Part shown: piece by piece, positions 28,234-37,393 of the stretch
Layout: each line of letters starts with the position of its first letter
Position numbering within the stretch: position 1 is the first letter of the stretch
From: a virus
Strand: one strand, 5' to 3'
DNA length: 64,000 nucleotides
Virus record (IMG/VR): IMGVR_UViG_3300039066_000010
Program-made: the position numbers and the translations under genes
The notes under the pieces: model-generated
The model's database searches: none
Seen by the model: the letters and a program-made list of their open reading frames with translations, nothing else
Told to the model about the DNA's origin: nothing

Positions 28234-28533
28234 TTACTCTTGTGCTCCCATTTGTTGTAACATTCTTTCAAATGGAGACTTTCTGAAGAACTCAGATAAA
28301 TCAGATGCGACCACTGATAACACTTCCTCTGTTGTGAAGTTGTCGTTCAAATATCTTAATATTTGTCCGGCTGTACGGATTTCTTTCTTTTCTACTAGGT
28401 TTGATAAAGCTTCTACCTTATCACTGATACCTTGACCAAAAGCCTCTGCTTCTGGTACACCATCCGCATATCCTAATGCGTTAGCAATTGATTCTTTTTC
28501 TTCTGTTGCCGGAGCTAATTTTAATAAACTCAT
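28234..28533 (-). CDS. Hypothetical acidic protein
   Basis: ORF only. Confidence 0.4.
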   Translation of the reverse strand: MSLLKLAPATEEKESIANALGYADGVPEAEAFGQGISDKVEALSNLVEKKEIRTAGQILRYLNDNFTTEEVLSVVASDLSEFFRKSPFERMLQQMGAQE

Positions 28534-28744
28534 AATGTTAATTTAAAAAGGTTAAAATGTCTACACTGAATACTCGTAACACTTCCTCTCTCAGTGCTTG
28601 AAGAGAAGATGTTTTTATTTCTATTATTCCGCAATTGTAGTGGTACGGAGTCTGGTCTGTTTCTACGTATGTGAACATGATAGTGATTATTTTAGTTTTG
28701 ATATTAGGTGTTCGATAAATAATATTCGTTGATTCACTTCCTTA

Positions 28745-29083
28745 TTAATAAGGATTAATTGTTGGGTAATTAGTTTTTAGAAACTCTGTTCTGTATTGTT
28801 TGAATTGATTCCAGAACTCATCACAATCTACAAATGTAAACTCTGTTTGTATACTAAAATACAATGAATCACGCTGAGTACTACCTATTTTTAAAACTTT
28901 TGTGTCCATGTCGAACTCCTTGAAGTTAAAGTAACGAGGTGTTTCTGCCGGTGTACCGATAACTTTGAATAAACCACATATTGTATGTAAGTTTTCGTCT
29001 AGTTTTTCTTTTAATGGGGTGATATAATCCATATTAAATAATTTTGTGTTAGATACAAGGTTTACACCTTGTATTTCGACCAT
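28745..29083 (-). CDS. Hypothetical protein
   Basis: ORF only. Confidence 0.4.
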   Translation of the reverse strand: MVEIQGVNLVSNTKLFNMDYITPLKEKLDENLHTICGLFKVIGTPAETPRYFNFKEFDMDTKVLKIGSTQRDSLYFSIQTEFTFVDCDEFWNQFKQYRTEFLKTNYPTINPY

Positions 29084-29258
29084 TAAGGTCTCATCAGTAA
29101 CACTTAAGAGCGTAACGCATGACCCGCTGCACTTCCTAACTCTGATAATACTGTATTGATTTTTGATAATAAGTTTTTCATGATGTTTGAATTTTAAATT
29201 TTAGTTATTGTTTGAAATTGTTATACATGTACATGATTCACATGTACCATTGCAGTTT

Positions 29259-29507
29259 TTACTCTGTTCCATGTTGAAATTGTCCGTTAATGAATAAAGG
29301 TTCGTATTCTCTATGGTCTTGTAACATGTCACCAGTCTCCCAGAATTCTGTATAACTTGCAAGTTTTAACTCGTGACAGATTGCAATTACTGGAGCTTCA
29401 TCACCTTTTAAAGGGTGTTCTACTAACTCGATAACTTGACCTATTGAGTTGGTCATTATGTCGTATATGGTCGGGGAAAGGTCGACTAATTTTTGGTAGT
29501 TTAGCAT
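29259..29507 (-). CDS. Hypothetical protein
   Basis: ORF only. Confidence 0.35.
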   Translation of the reverse strand: MLNYQKLVDLSPTIYDIMTNSIGQVIELVEHPLKGDEAPVIAICHELKLASYTEFWETGDMLQDHREYEPLFINGQFQHGTE

Positions 29508-29528
29508 TATTTTAATTATTAAAATGAA

Positions 29529-29562
29529 TAAAAAAAGGGTTACACTTTTACGTATAACCCTT
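29529..29562 (-). terminator. Intrinsic terminator (AGGGTTA/TAACCCT stem followed by T7 on minus strand)
   Basis: Seen directly after stop of 29573..29950 gene. Confidence 0.45.
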
Positions 29563-29572
29563 GTTAGTTAGT

Positions 29573-29950
29573 TTATTTTACTGGATTGATTAAAGTTGCA
29601 ACATCTACTAATTCAACTTTGCGTAGTAAGTCTTCACTTAAGGCGAATACTACCTTTGCGAATTTTTGTTTACGCTCGATAGTACTGTTTAACTTTAGTT
29701 TTGTACGCTCCAATTTGTCGATTTTAAAGGTATCAACTTTTATCCCGTTTGAACTCATGATAATATCGAACGGTTCATTCATTTTGAATAGTTTGTAAAC
29801 TCCTTGTTTCTGTCTGTCTACTTTGTGGAACAATTCACTGCATACTGTACCGACTAGAGTGTTTAAAGCAACTTTTTTAGTCGTTTGAATTTCGATTGTA
29901 CGTTCAACTACAGTTGAACCGTTAACAAATTTGAAGTTAATTTTTGTCAT
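29573..29950 (-). CDS. Hypothetical protein (first gene of leftward early block)
   Basis: ORF only. Confidence 0.4.
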   Translation of the reverse strand: MTKINFKFVNGSTVVERTIEIQTTKKVALNTLVGTVCSELFHKVDRQKQGVYKLFKMNEPFDIIMSSNGIKVDTFKIDKLERTKLKLNSTIERKQKFAKVVFALSEDLLRKVELVDVATLINPVK

Positions 29951-30563
29951 GATTTTAAAATTTAGATTGATATTTCGATTTATTTTGTGCCCTAGTTGGT
30001 TTGAACCGTAACAACAACTTTTTAGTTTTGTCTAGGGCTGGATGTTCCTTAACTTTTGTATTTTCAAGCCTTTGCAATACCGGACGTTTAAACCGTATGA
30101 CTTTGTTTATTTTGAAATAACGTATTTTTAATACGTTTGTCCGTCGAATAGTTATTTAATAACTATATTTGTTTTTTTGTACGTCATATAATAACACTTA
30201 TCTATTTTGCGGGGTTGAAATTTAACCCGATAAGAATATTCGCCTTATTATTATATACAAGCCTCTCACTTTTCGTGCCTCTTTTCGCTTGTGGCGTGTA
30301 ACCATTATACACACTATTTGTCTAAATTAAGTATCTAAACTTAATAAATAAGTATTTCAATTTGCTAGATTAAAATCTTACACTTTTTACCGTTAGGATG
30401 GTTTCAATATTTCAATGAACGAGTTTACAAAGTTACTTTTAATCTTTATAACGGGCTCGTGCACCCTTGTTAAAAAATATTAAATTGTAAACCAATAATT
30501 TTAAGAACTTGTTGGTAGTTGTTATTAAACTACGTTGCAAAGTACGTTTGTTTTTTTGAGATG

Positions 30564-30982
30564 TGCAAGTTTTTTTTGAATTTTAACAAAATTTTAACAT
30601 TTGGTTGCTATTTTATTGACTTTTAACCATGTAAGCGGACGATATAACCTTTTTTGTTGTCTTTACATGAAGTGGTACAATACTCGGACAAATGGTTTGT
30701 TTAAATTAATCCTTTTATTGTGGATTCATTTTTAAACAAACAGAATTTGTTTTTTGTTGACTTGCTTATTCTCAAAATTTCAATGTACTTAAGTTATGCG
30801 TTTTAATTCTGGTACAAAGTAAGGTTATTATTTTTTATTGTGCAAATGTTTTAATGATTTTAACAAAATTTTAACATTTGCGTTATTGTATAACCTTGTT
30901 TCTTTATTACTAGCGTAAAATTAGTTAATTGCATTTTAATATGCAAGTAAATAAATAATTTTAACATAATTTTAACATATTG
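30564..30982. repeat. Three ~42-bp direct repeats TGCAA(G/A)T...TTTTAACA-N-AATTTTAACAT-N-TTG at 30564-30604, 30841-30880, 30941-30982
   Basis: Seen directly; each unit has internal TTTTAACA duplication 11 bp apart. Confidence 0.6.
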
Positions 30983-31868
30983 AATGTAAAACTACATTGT
31001 ATATAGTCATTACTTATGACACGTAAACAAACAATAAATAAAATTTATAATCAATCATATATCTACTTGTTACAATTCATAAACGAACGTTTAACAAGTG
31101 TTACGCTTTCTCTTACATGACGGTATAACATAACATCATACACACGAACGCCCACAAACAAGGCATAAGAAGACACGAACACACACGGACACAATTCGCA
31201 AGCCTCAAATGTTTTGTGCAAAAATCCTAAAAACGAACCCCACCCCGTTAAAACATTGGCGTTTCCCTTTTTACACACGACCCCTAAAACCCCATATAGA
31301 CCCTATGCTCGTCAGTTGAATCCATTTCAAAGTCATCAAATAGCGTTTAAATCGATTTTAAGGCATCAATTTTTAATTTTTTATCGTCGTGAATATATTG
31401 ATATAGAAGACCACAAAATAATCTCTTAAATCGCCTTATTTTAATTCATCAAACCAAACCCCGTATTTTCAAACATCTTCAAACCATCAACAAAACACTC
31501 CTCACAATCACCCACAACGCCACCAGTCACAGAAACCGGTCAAAATCGATTCAACGCAGATTGAATCTTTCATAGAAATTATAAGCATTCGCTCTTATTT
31601 TTAATCTTAAAAGGCTTTGTATTAAATATTATTTATTACATAACTCTTCTCTGCTTAAACCATCTCTTAAGAACATAGTTCTTCTTAACTATAGATATTT
31701 ATTAAATAATATATTTATAAATAATATATTTATTCAAATATGCACGCACACACGTACATATAACAGTATCAAAATCTAAAACCTACTAAAATGGTTAAAA
31801 ATTTTTCAAAAATCGACCACAACAATCCTCTCTAAACCCCTGTTACACTTCATAAACGTTAAATAATA

Positions 31869-31908
31869 AAATATTTTACATCATTTTACTTGCAGATGTA
31901 AAATATTT
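31869..31908. promoter_or_regulatory. Perfect 14-bp inverted repeat AAATATTTTACATC-N12-GATGTAAAATATTT
   Basis: Seen directly, ~280 bp upstream of serine recombinase gene. Confidence 0.5.
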
Positions 31909-32189
31909 GATATAACTTTGTATAAAATTTAACATCGATATGAAGAGACAAATAAATGTACCAGAAGAACTTTTCCTACAAGTCTATCAATTCCTTGTTT
32001 TATACGGTCTTCTCCACGGAATAGGAGAAACGGATATGTTCAACTCAAAATTACGAGAGATGGAAGAAATATACGAAGAACAAACCGGAGAATCTATTTA
32101 ACATCTATTTTCTCCAAATTTAAACATCAAATCATAGATGTTTTCAATAAATCAAGAATCAGGTGTAAAAAATATTAGTTTCAACAAAA

Positions 32190-32903
32190 ATGAGTGTAAA
32201 ATTTATAGCATATTATCGAGTATCCACAAAAGAACAGGGTAAAAGTGGTTTAGGATTAGACTCTCAAAAAGATTCTATCCAAACTTACATCACCTCAATC
32301 AAGGGTGAATTGATTTCAGAATTTACAGATATTGAAACCGGTAAAAATGACAATAGAGAAAATCTATGGGTTGCAGTAAACGAAGCTAAAAACCAAGGTG
32401 CAACTTTAATTGTTAAAAAATTCGACAGATTAAGTCGTGGAGGTTTAGAAGTAATGTCTCGATTGGAGAAATTAAAAGTTCCATTTATCGAGTGTGATTC
32501 TCCACACGATAACACATTGTTGAAAGAGTTAAAATTTTCAATCGCCAGAGATGAGGTTCGTAAAACATCTGAACGAACACAATCAGCATTGTCTATGATT
32601 AATAAAAAAATAAAATCCGGAGAACCTCATATATCAAAATCTGGGAAAATGGTTACAAAACTTGGTAATCCTGAGAATTTAACCAATGAAGCTAGAGAAA
32701 AAGGCAGGGAAAAGCGTATATTAAACGCTAGGAACGAAGAAGAAAACAAAAGGGCTTATTCATTTGTCAAATTGATGAAAGAATCAGCCGGATACAGTCA
32801 CACAAAAGCAGCTAAAAAACTGAACGAATCTGGATTTTTAACCCCTAAAGGAGGGATGTTTTCAACGATTCAAGTTATAAGATTAATTAAATTATTTGAA
32901 TAA
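32190..32903 (+). CDS. Small serine recombinase (resolvase/invertase family) with C-terminal HTH
   Basis: YYRVSTKEQ catalytic Ser motif, GLGLDSQ, KFDRLSR. Confidence 0.8.
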   Translation: MSVKFIAYYRVSTKEQGKSGLGLDSQKDSIQTYITSIKGELISEFTDIETGKNDNRENLWVAVNEAKNQGATLIVKKFDRLSRGGLEVMSRLEKLKVPFIECDSPHDNTLLKELKFSIARDEVRKTSERTQSALSMINKKIKSGEPHISKSGKMVTKLGNPENLTNEAREKGREKRILNARNEEENKRAYSFVKLMKESAGYSHTKAAKKLNESGFLTPKGGMFSTIQVIRLIKLFE

Positions 32904-33084
32904 ACATGAAAAAAGTAATATTATTCGCATTTTTAATCATCGGGATGATGGTAAATACACAGATTAAATTTGTTGATAGGGAATTTCTAAAAGGACAGGG
33001 TTTCCTAAAATAGCCTATAACGTTCCCTCGCTTGGCTTAGTGCCGAGTTATGAAAACTAAATTTAATCATTAAAATAAAACGTA

Positions 33085-33351
33085 ATGAAAAACGATATAA
33101 ACGAAAATAAGGCATTGAGCCAAACGAGTGTTACAAGCAGTTTTTTTGATTTTGACCATTGGAATAAATGTAATGCTTTATGGAAAGTATCCCCGCATCA
33201 TTATTCTAATAATTTAGTAATTATTGAATACACTGGTACAAGTAAAATGAGAATTTCTGTTTGTGTAGAAAAAAACGAATTTGAATCAGGATTAAATAAA
33301 TTTTGGGCAGAATTTAAACGCCAAAGTGAGAATAACGCAATGCGTAATTAA
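33085..33351 (+). CDS. Hypothetical protein
   Basis: ORF only. Confidence 0.35.
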   Translation: MKNDINENKALSQTSVTSSFFDFDHWNKCNALWKVSPHHYSNNLVIIEYTGTSKMRISVCVEKNEFESGLNKFWAEFKRQSENNAMRN

Positions 33352-33426
33352 AATTGCTTGTAACGTTTCGCGGCTTTGTGATGTTGCCGAAAAAACACAC
33401 ATTAAACTTTAAATTAAAGACAGATT

Positions 33427-33645
33427 ATGAAAGTACAAAACAATAATTCAGTTCAAGACCAAGACGGCAATAGCACAAAACCGCTGTTATGTGATGTTAC
33501 TTTAAAGTTCATTTTAGAAGATGTAAATCTAAGAATGGAGATACTAAGAAACAGAGACGACAGTATGTTAAATACGGCAAGAATGCACGAAACAACATTA
33601 ATGCAGGTATATCTTCAAGATATGATTTTGGCTAATATCACATAA
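33427..33645 (+). CDS. Hypothetical protein
   Basis: ORF only. Confidence 0.35.
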   Translation: MKVQNNNSVQDQDGNSTKPLLCDVTLKFILEDVNLRMEILRNRDDSMLNTARMHETTLMQVYLQDMILANIT

Positions 33646-33721
33646 CGTTTTGTGGCTTGACGCAGGTGGGAAAAGTACACCTGAACTTTGAATTAATAAC
33701 TAATAATAAATACACAAACTA

Positions 33722-34006
33722 ATGACTGAATTTAAGACCGATGCCCACTTGCTTCAAACCACTGTTATAAGAAGTGCGGATTTAAAAACTAGAATTATTA
33801 AAAAAGATAATAGGTTTTACCCACAATATTTTGATAACGGAATATTTGGATTTTTTAAAGGATGGAAATTTTATAAAGATGAAGAATTATGGTTAAATGG
33901 TATTTATACATTTTCAACTGAATGTGATTTGTCTTATCCAAAATTAGAATGGGCAAAAGATTATTTAGAAAGTTTGGACAATAAAATAGAAATAGTATAT
34001 GAATAA
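33722..34006 (+). CDS. Hypothetical protein
   Basis: ORF only. Confidence 0.35.
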   Translation: MTEFKTDAHLLQTTVIRSADLKTRIIKKDNRFYPQYFDNGIFGFFKGWKFYKDEELWLNGIYTFSTECDLSYPKLEWAKDYLESLDNKIEIVYE

Positions 34007-34892
34007 AGATATTATAGCCTGGTGGAGTGGTGGGATTACATCCGCAGTTGCTTGTAAGAAAGCAATAGATATTTTTGGAAAAGAAAGAGTAAGAGTGATT
34101 ATGATTGATACTGAAAATGAACATCCAGACACTTATCGTTTCAAAAAAGATTGTGAAGATTGGTATGATTTACCAATTGAAATAATTACAGGAATTGGTG
34201 AAAAGTATGGAAACATTTTTGATGTTTGGAGAAAACATAAATCTCTTAATACTGCAACAGGAGCAATCTGTTCTACAAATTTAAAAAGACTTGTTCGTGA
34301 AAAGTGGGAAAAAGAAAATCCTAATTACACACATCAAGTTTTTGGTTTTGAATTTGATAAAAAAGAATTTAACAGAGCTTTATCTATGACAATGAATCAT
34401 GGACACAGAGTAAAAGCAATTTATCCTTTATTGATGTTTGGACTTGATAAAAAAGATTGTTTAGAAATAGTAAATACAGCTAATATTGAAGTTCCTGAAA
34501 TGTATAAATTAGGATTTCAAAATAATAATTGCTTTTCAACAGGTTGCGTTCAAGGAGGAATTGGGTATTGGCAAAAAATGGAAAAAGATTTTCCTGAAAA
34601 GTTTAATGTAATGGCTGATTTAGAACACGAATTAACTTTATTAAAAGGCGAACCTGTGACAATGTTGAAAGACCAATCAAATGAAGCAAAAGAAGCTATT
34701 AAAACAGATAAAAAAGCTAATTTAGTATTTCTTAAAAAACATACTGATTATCCAAATCATAAATGTTTAGCGGATATGTCACCAAGAAAAGTAGAGCCAT
34801 TATTCGAGTGTAATGGAATGTGTGGAATAAATGATTTGTCAGAAAGAAAAGAAACTGAAAAAGAAATTAATTACGAAAATGTTGAATTATAA
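33999..34892 (+). CDS. PP-loop ATP pyrophosphatase (PAPS reductase/QueC-like family) with C-terminal Cys clusters
   Basis: AWWSGGITSAV (SGGxxS PP-loop), CFSTGC and CNGMCG. Confidence 0.6.
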   Translation: MNKDIIAWWSGGITSAVACKKAIDIFGKERVRVIMIDTENEHPDTYRFKKDCEDWYDLPIEIITGIGEKYGNIFDVWRKHKSLNTATGAICSTNLKRLVREKWEKENPNYTHQVFGFEFDKKEFNRALSMTMNHGHRVKAIYPLLMFGLDKKDCLEIVNTANIEVPEMYKLGFQNNNCFSTGCVQGGIGYWQKMEKDFPEKFNVMADLEHELTLLKGEPVTMLKDQSNEAKEAIKTDKKANLVFLKKHTDYPNHKCLADMSPRKVEPLFECNGMCGINDLSERKETEKEINYENVEL

Positions 34893-35069
34893 CGTAAACG
34901 TAGCATTTCTTATAACGTTATCTCGCTTGGCGAAGAAGCGGACAAATAAAAACTATCGTTTTCCTGAAGCCAAGAAGACGATAACACAAAACAGATTTTA
35001 AATTAATAACCGAACCCGCTTTTTTGCCAAACACTTGTTATGTGAGGTTGTGGGTTTTAAAAACAAAAC

Positions 35070-35288
35070 GTGATGACAATAAAAGAATTAGAAAAATTAT
35101 TAGAAGATAATGACATTTTAGTACAGATACAATATAATAAAAGAACTATTTATGAATTAAGAAATTCAAACGATGTTAAAAAGGTTAGCATTACTTCAAG
35201 ACAATTTGATAACTTAAAAGAAAGATTAAATTTTAATTATTTAAAATCAGAAGGATTAGGGGTGCGAAAACATTATTATAAACGATAA
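35070..35288 (+). CDS. Hypothetical protein
   Basis: ORF only. Confidence 0.35.
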   Translation: MMTIKELEKLLEDNDILVQIQYNKRTIYELRNSNDVKKVSITSRQFDNLKERLNFNYLKSEGLGVRKHYYKR

Positions 35289-35408
35289 TGTAGCAATCTC
35301 ACATAACTCGCATATATACGCAATACAATTTTAAACTAATTAATAACCAGCAAGTTAAAAAAACTAACACTTACGTAAAATAAAATATAAATCAAATCAA
35401 TTATAAAT

Positions 35409-35717
35409 ATGGCAAAAGGTTATTGGGAATTAGAACAGGATGTTCTAAAATGGGCAGCAGACAAAGGAATTATGGAAAAAGGTAATCCTGCGGCACAGTC
35501 TGAAAAAACAAAAGAGGAAGTAGAGGAATTGATTCAAGCAATCAAGGACAACAACCCTGTAGAAATTAAAGATGCTTTAGGTGACATTTTAGTAACAATC
35601 ATCATCCAAGCTGAAATGCAAGGTTTACATCTGGAGGATTGTTTAGAGACAGCTTACAACGTCATAGCTAAAAGGACAGGTAAAATGGTAGATGGTCAAT
35701 TTTTGAAAGATGAGTAG
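35409..35717 (+). CDS. MazG-like nucleotide pyrophosphohydrolase
   Basis: EKTKEEVEELIQA ... ALGDILV pattern (E-x2-E...D) of all-alpha NTP-PPase. Confidence 0.5.
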   Translation: MAKGYWELEQDVLKWAADKGIMEKGNPAAQSEKTKEEVEELIQAIKDNNPVEIKDALGDILVTIIIQAEMQGLHLEDCLETAYNVIAKRTGKMVDGQFLKDE

Positions 35718-35901
35718 TAGTTTAACCACAACAGAAAAAGCACAACATTTATTATTAAATGATGCTTACAATAAAGTGACATTATCAGAAATACTTGGGG
35801 TGTCACGACCTACTTTGAACACTAGATTAGAGATAGGTAACTGGAAAAAATTAGAGGTTAGGATGATTGATAATCTGTATAATAATGCTACAGGTTCTTA
35901 A
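35710..35901 (+). CDS. Small HTH-like protein
   Basis: TLSEILGVSRPTLNTRL helix-turn-helix-like. Confidence 0.35.
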   Translation: MSSSLTTTEKAQHLLLNDAYNKVTLSEILGVSRPTLNTRLEIGNWKKLEVRMIDNLYNNATGS

Positions 35902-36118
35902 AGACAATGAAGAATTCTTAGACAAGGTGGCGATTGACGTGATGAATGGTATCATAGCTAATCGCCCACCTACGTCTCCACAAGATTCTTCAAACATTGC
36001 ATCCATTGCTTACAAACAAGCTTTGGCTATGCTGGATGCTAAACTATCCATCGAGCAAATCTTAAATAAAACTAAGTTTCTATATCCTTACCGTAAACCT
36101 AAAAAAGAAGAAATATGA
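35867..36118 (+). CDS. Hypothetical protein
   Basis: ORF only. Confidence 0.35.
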   Translation: MIICIIMLQVLKDNEEFLDKVAIDVMNGIIANRPPTSPQDSSNIASIAYKQALAMLDAKLSIEQILNKTKFLYPYRKPKKEEI

Positions 36119-36323
36119 ATTACGACGATTGGAAATTAGAGACACCGGACACCCCTGCCGAAAAAGAATGTGATTATTGTGGTGAACCAAGTGATAAAAG
36201 GTTCTGTAGTACCTCATGTAAAAAAGCCTACGACGCTGATAACTAAAGGGTTACATAAAAAATTATGATATATAAAATAATTTATATATCTTTGTACTCA
36301 GAAACTTAAACAATAAAAATAAC

Positions 36324-36611
36324 ATGGGAGTATTCGGTACAGACACAAGAGTAGTGACTTTAGCAATCACAGGAGCAGCTTTAACATATGAAGCATTAGA
36401 GGTAGCAGTAGCAAAAGTTAGGGAGATGGAGCAATTATATGCTGTAAATCCATCAGCTGTTACAAATTTAACAGGGGCTACATTAGTCTTAACAGGTAAA
36501 ACACCTTATAAAGTGTTTATCTTTGAAGTAACAACAGTAAAAGCAACAGGTGCTTACACTTTTGAGTGTACAGAGATTGCACCAAACGTAGAAACAGCAA
36601 CAACATTATAA
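36324..36611 (+). CDS. Hypothetical protein
   Basis: ORF only. Confidence 0.4.
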   Translation: MGVFGTDTRVVTLAITGAALTYEALEVAVAKVREMEQLYAVNPSAVTNLTGATLVLTGKTPYKVFIFEVTTVKATGAYTFECTEIAPNVETATTL

Positions 36612-36711
36612 AAATTATGAAAAATTGTAATAACATATCGTTTAATTATTTCTGGAGTAAATCCGGCAGGGGAAGGTATGGTTATTAACAATATAGTTTT
36701 TTAACATTATA

Positions 36712-36747
36712 AAATCCCCTATGTTCATTCGTAGGGGATTTTTTTTA
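36712..36747 (+). terminator. Intrinsic terminator (CCCCT...AGGGG stem + T9)
   Basis: aaaatCCCCTatgttcattcgtAGGGGattttttttt. Confidence 0.6.
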
Positions 36748-36750
36748 TTT

Positions 36751-36829
36751 AGGAGTATTGAGCAATTGGTGGCTCAGCGGTCTGTAAAATCGTGGTGAAA
36801 ACATGTGGGTTCGAGTCCCTCTACTCCTA
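36751..36829 (+). tRNA. tRNA-Tyr (GUA), long variable arm
   Basis: Acceptor AGGAGTA/TACTCCT, D-arm GAGC/GCTC, anticodon loop CTGTAAA, 11-nt variable arm, T-loop TTCGAGT. Confidence 0.7.
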
Positions 36830-36834
36830 CAACA

Positions 36835-36923
36835 TAGAAAGTGAAGCAGTCCATTGGTGGGCGACTGGTCTTGAAAATCAGGTCTCGTTAAATCGGGCGG
36901 GGTTCGACTCCTCCTCTTTCTAC
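36835..36923 (+). tRNA. tRNA-Ser (UGA), type II
   Basis: Acceptor TAGAAAG/CTTTCTA, anticodon loop CTTGAAA, long variable arm CTCG-TTAAAT-CGGG, T-loop TTCGACT; close to E. coli Ser(UGA) layout. Confidence 0.65.
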
Positions 36924-36927
36924 AATT

Positions 36928-37014
36928 AGAAAAGTGTCAGAGTGGCTGATTGAGCATCCCTGCTAAGGATGTGGGGTATAAACACTCCCGTGGGTTCGAA
37001 TCCCACCTTTTCTG
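36928..37014 (+). tRNA. tRNA-Ser (GCU), type II
   Basis: Acceptor AGAAAAG/CTTTTCT, anticodon stem CATCC/GGATG loop CTGCTAA, long variable arm, T-arm GTGGG-TTCGAAT-CCCAC. Confidence 0.65.
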
Positions 37015-37019
37015 CAAAA

Positions 37020-37093
37020 TGCTTTGTCGTAATAATGGTTTAATACGTCCGACTGTTAATCGGGTTATAAGGGTTCAAATCCCTTCAAAGCAG
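37020..37093 (+). tRNA. tRNA-Asn (GUU)
   Basis: Acceptor TGCTTTG/CAAAGCA, anticodon stem TCCGA/TCGGG loop CTGTTAA, T-arm AAGGG-TTCAAAT-CCCTT. Confidence 0.6.
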
Positions 37094-37098
37094 CAAAT

Positions 37099-37169
37099 AC
37101 GTCAGTAGTGTAACGGTAACACGATGGTCTCCAAAACCATTAATAAAAGTTCGAACCTTTTCTGATGTG
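37099..37169 (+). tRNA. tRNA-Trp (CCA)
   Basis: Acceptor ACGTCAG/CTGATGT, D-arm GTGT/ACAC, anticodon stem ATGGT/ACCAT loop CTCCAAA, T-arm AAAAG-TTCGAAC-CTTTT. Confidence 0.7.
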
Positions 37170-37216
37170 CAAACAATAGATTTTATTTATATACCTATAG
37201 ACAAAATCTATTATAT

Positions 37217-37290
37217 GGGGATGAAGCTAACTTTGGTAGAAGCGGTAGTCTGAAAAGCTACAGGAGTTGGTTCAAATCCAACTATCCCCA
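37217..37290 (+). tRNA. tRNA-Phe (GAA)
   Basis: Acceptor GGGGATG/TATCCCC, anticodon stem GTAGT/GCTAC loop CTGAAAA, T-arm GTTGG-TTCAAAT-CCAAC. Confidence 0.7.
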
Positions 37291-37295
37291 CAACT

Positions 37296-37376
37296 GCTCT
37301 TATGTCCGAGAGGTTAGGTGGACGCTTGCAACCCGTCCCACACAGGTTCGAATCCTGTTAAGAGTTCAAAAACATA
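37296..37376 (+). tRNA. tRNA with irregular anticodon arm (possible Cys GCA; GGACG/CGTCC stem would give 9-nt loop CTTGCAACC)
   Basis: Acceptor GCTCTTA/TAAGAGT, T-arm ACAGG-TTCGAAT-CCTGT, Ser-like D region TCCGAGAGGTTAGG. Confidence 0.4.
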
Positions 37377-37393
37377 ATATCCTTGTTATTTTA

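Larger units (their letters stand above)
29951..32189. promoter_or_regulatory. 2.2-kb non-coding control region between divergent gene blocks (candidate early promoters/origin)
   Basis: No ORF >60 aa supported; AT-rich, dense repeats and palindromes. Confidence 0.5.

Noticed and set aside
31063-31429. Two overlapping 71-aa ORFs on opposite strands in the control region
   Set aside because: They lie in the G-depleted CA-rich patch, have no start context and overlap each other; composition-driven.
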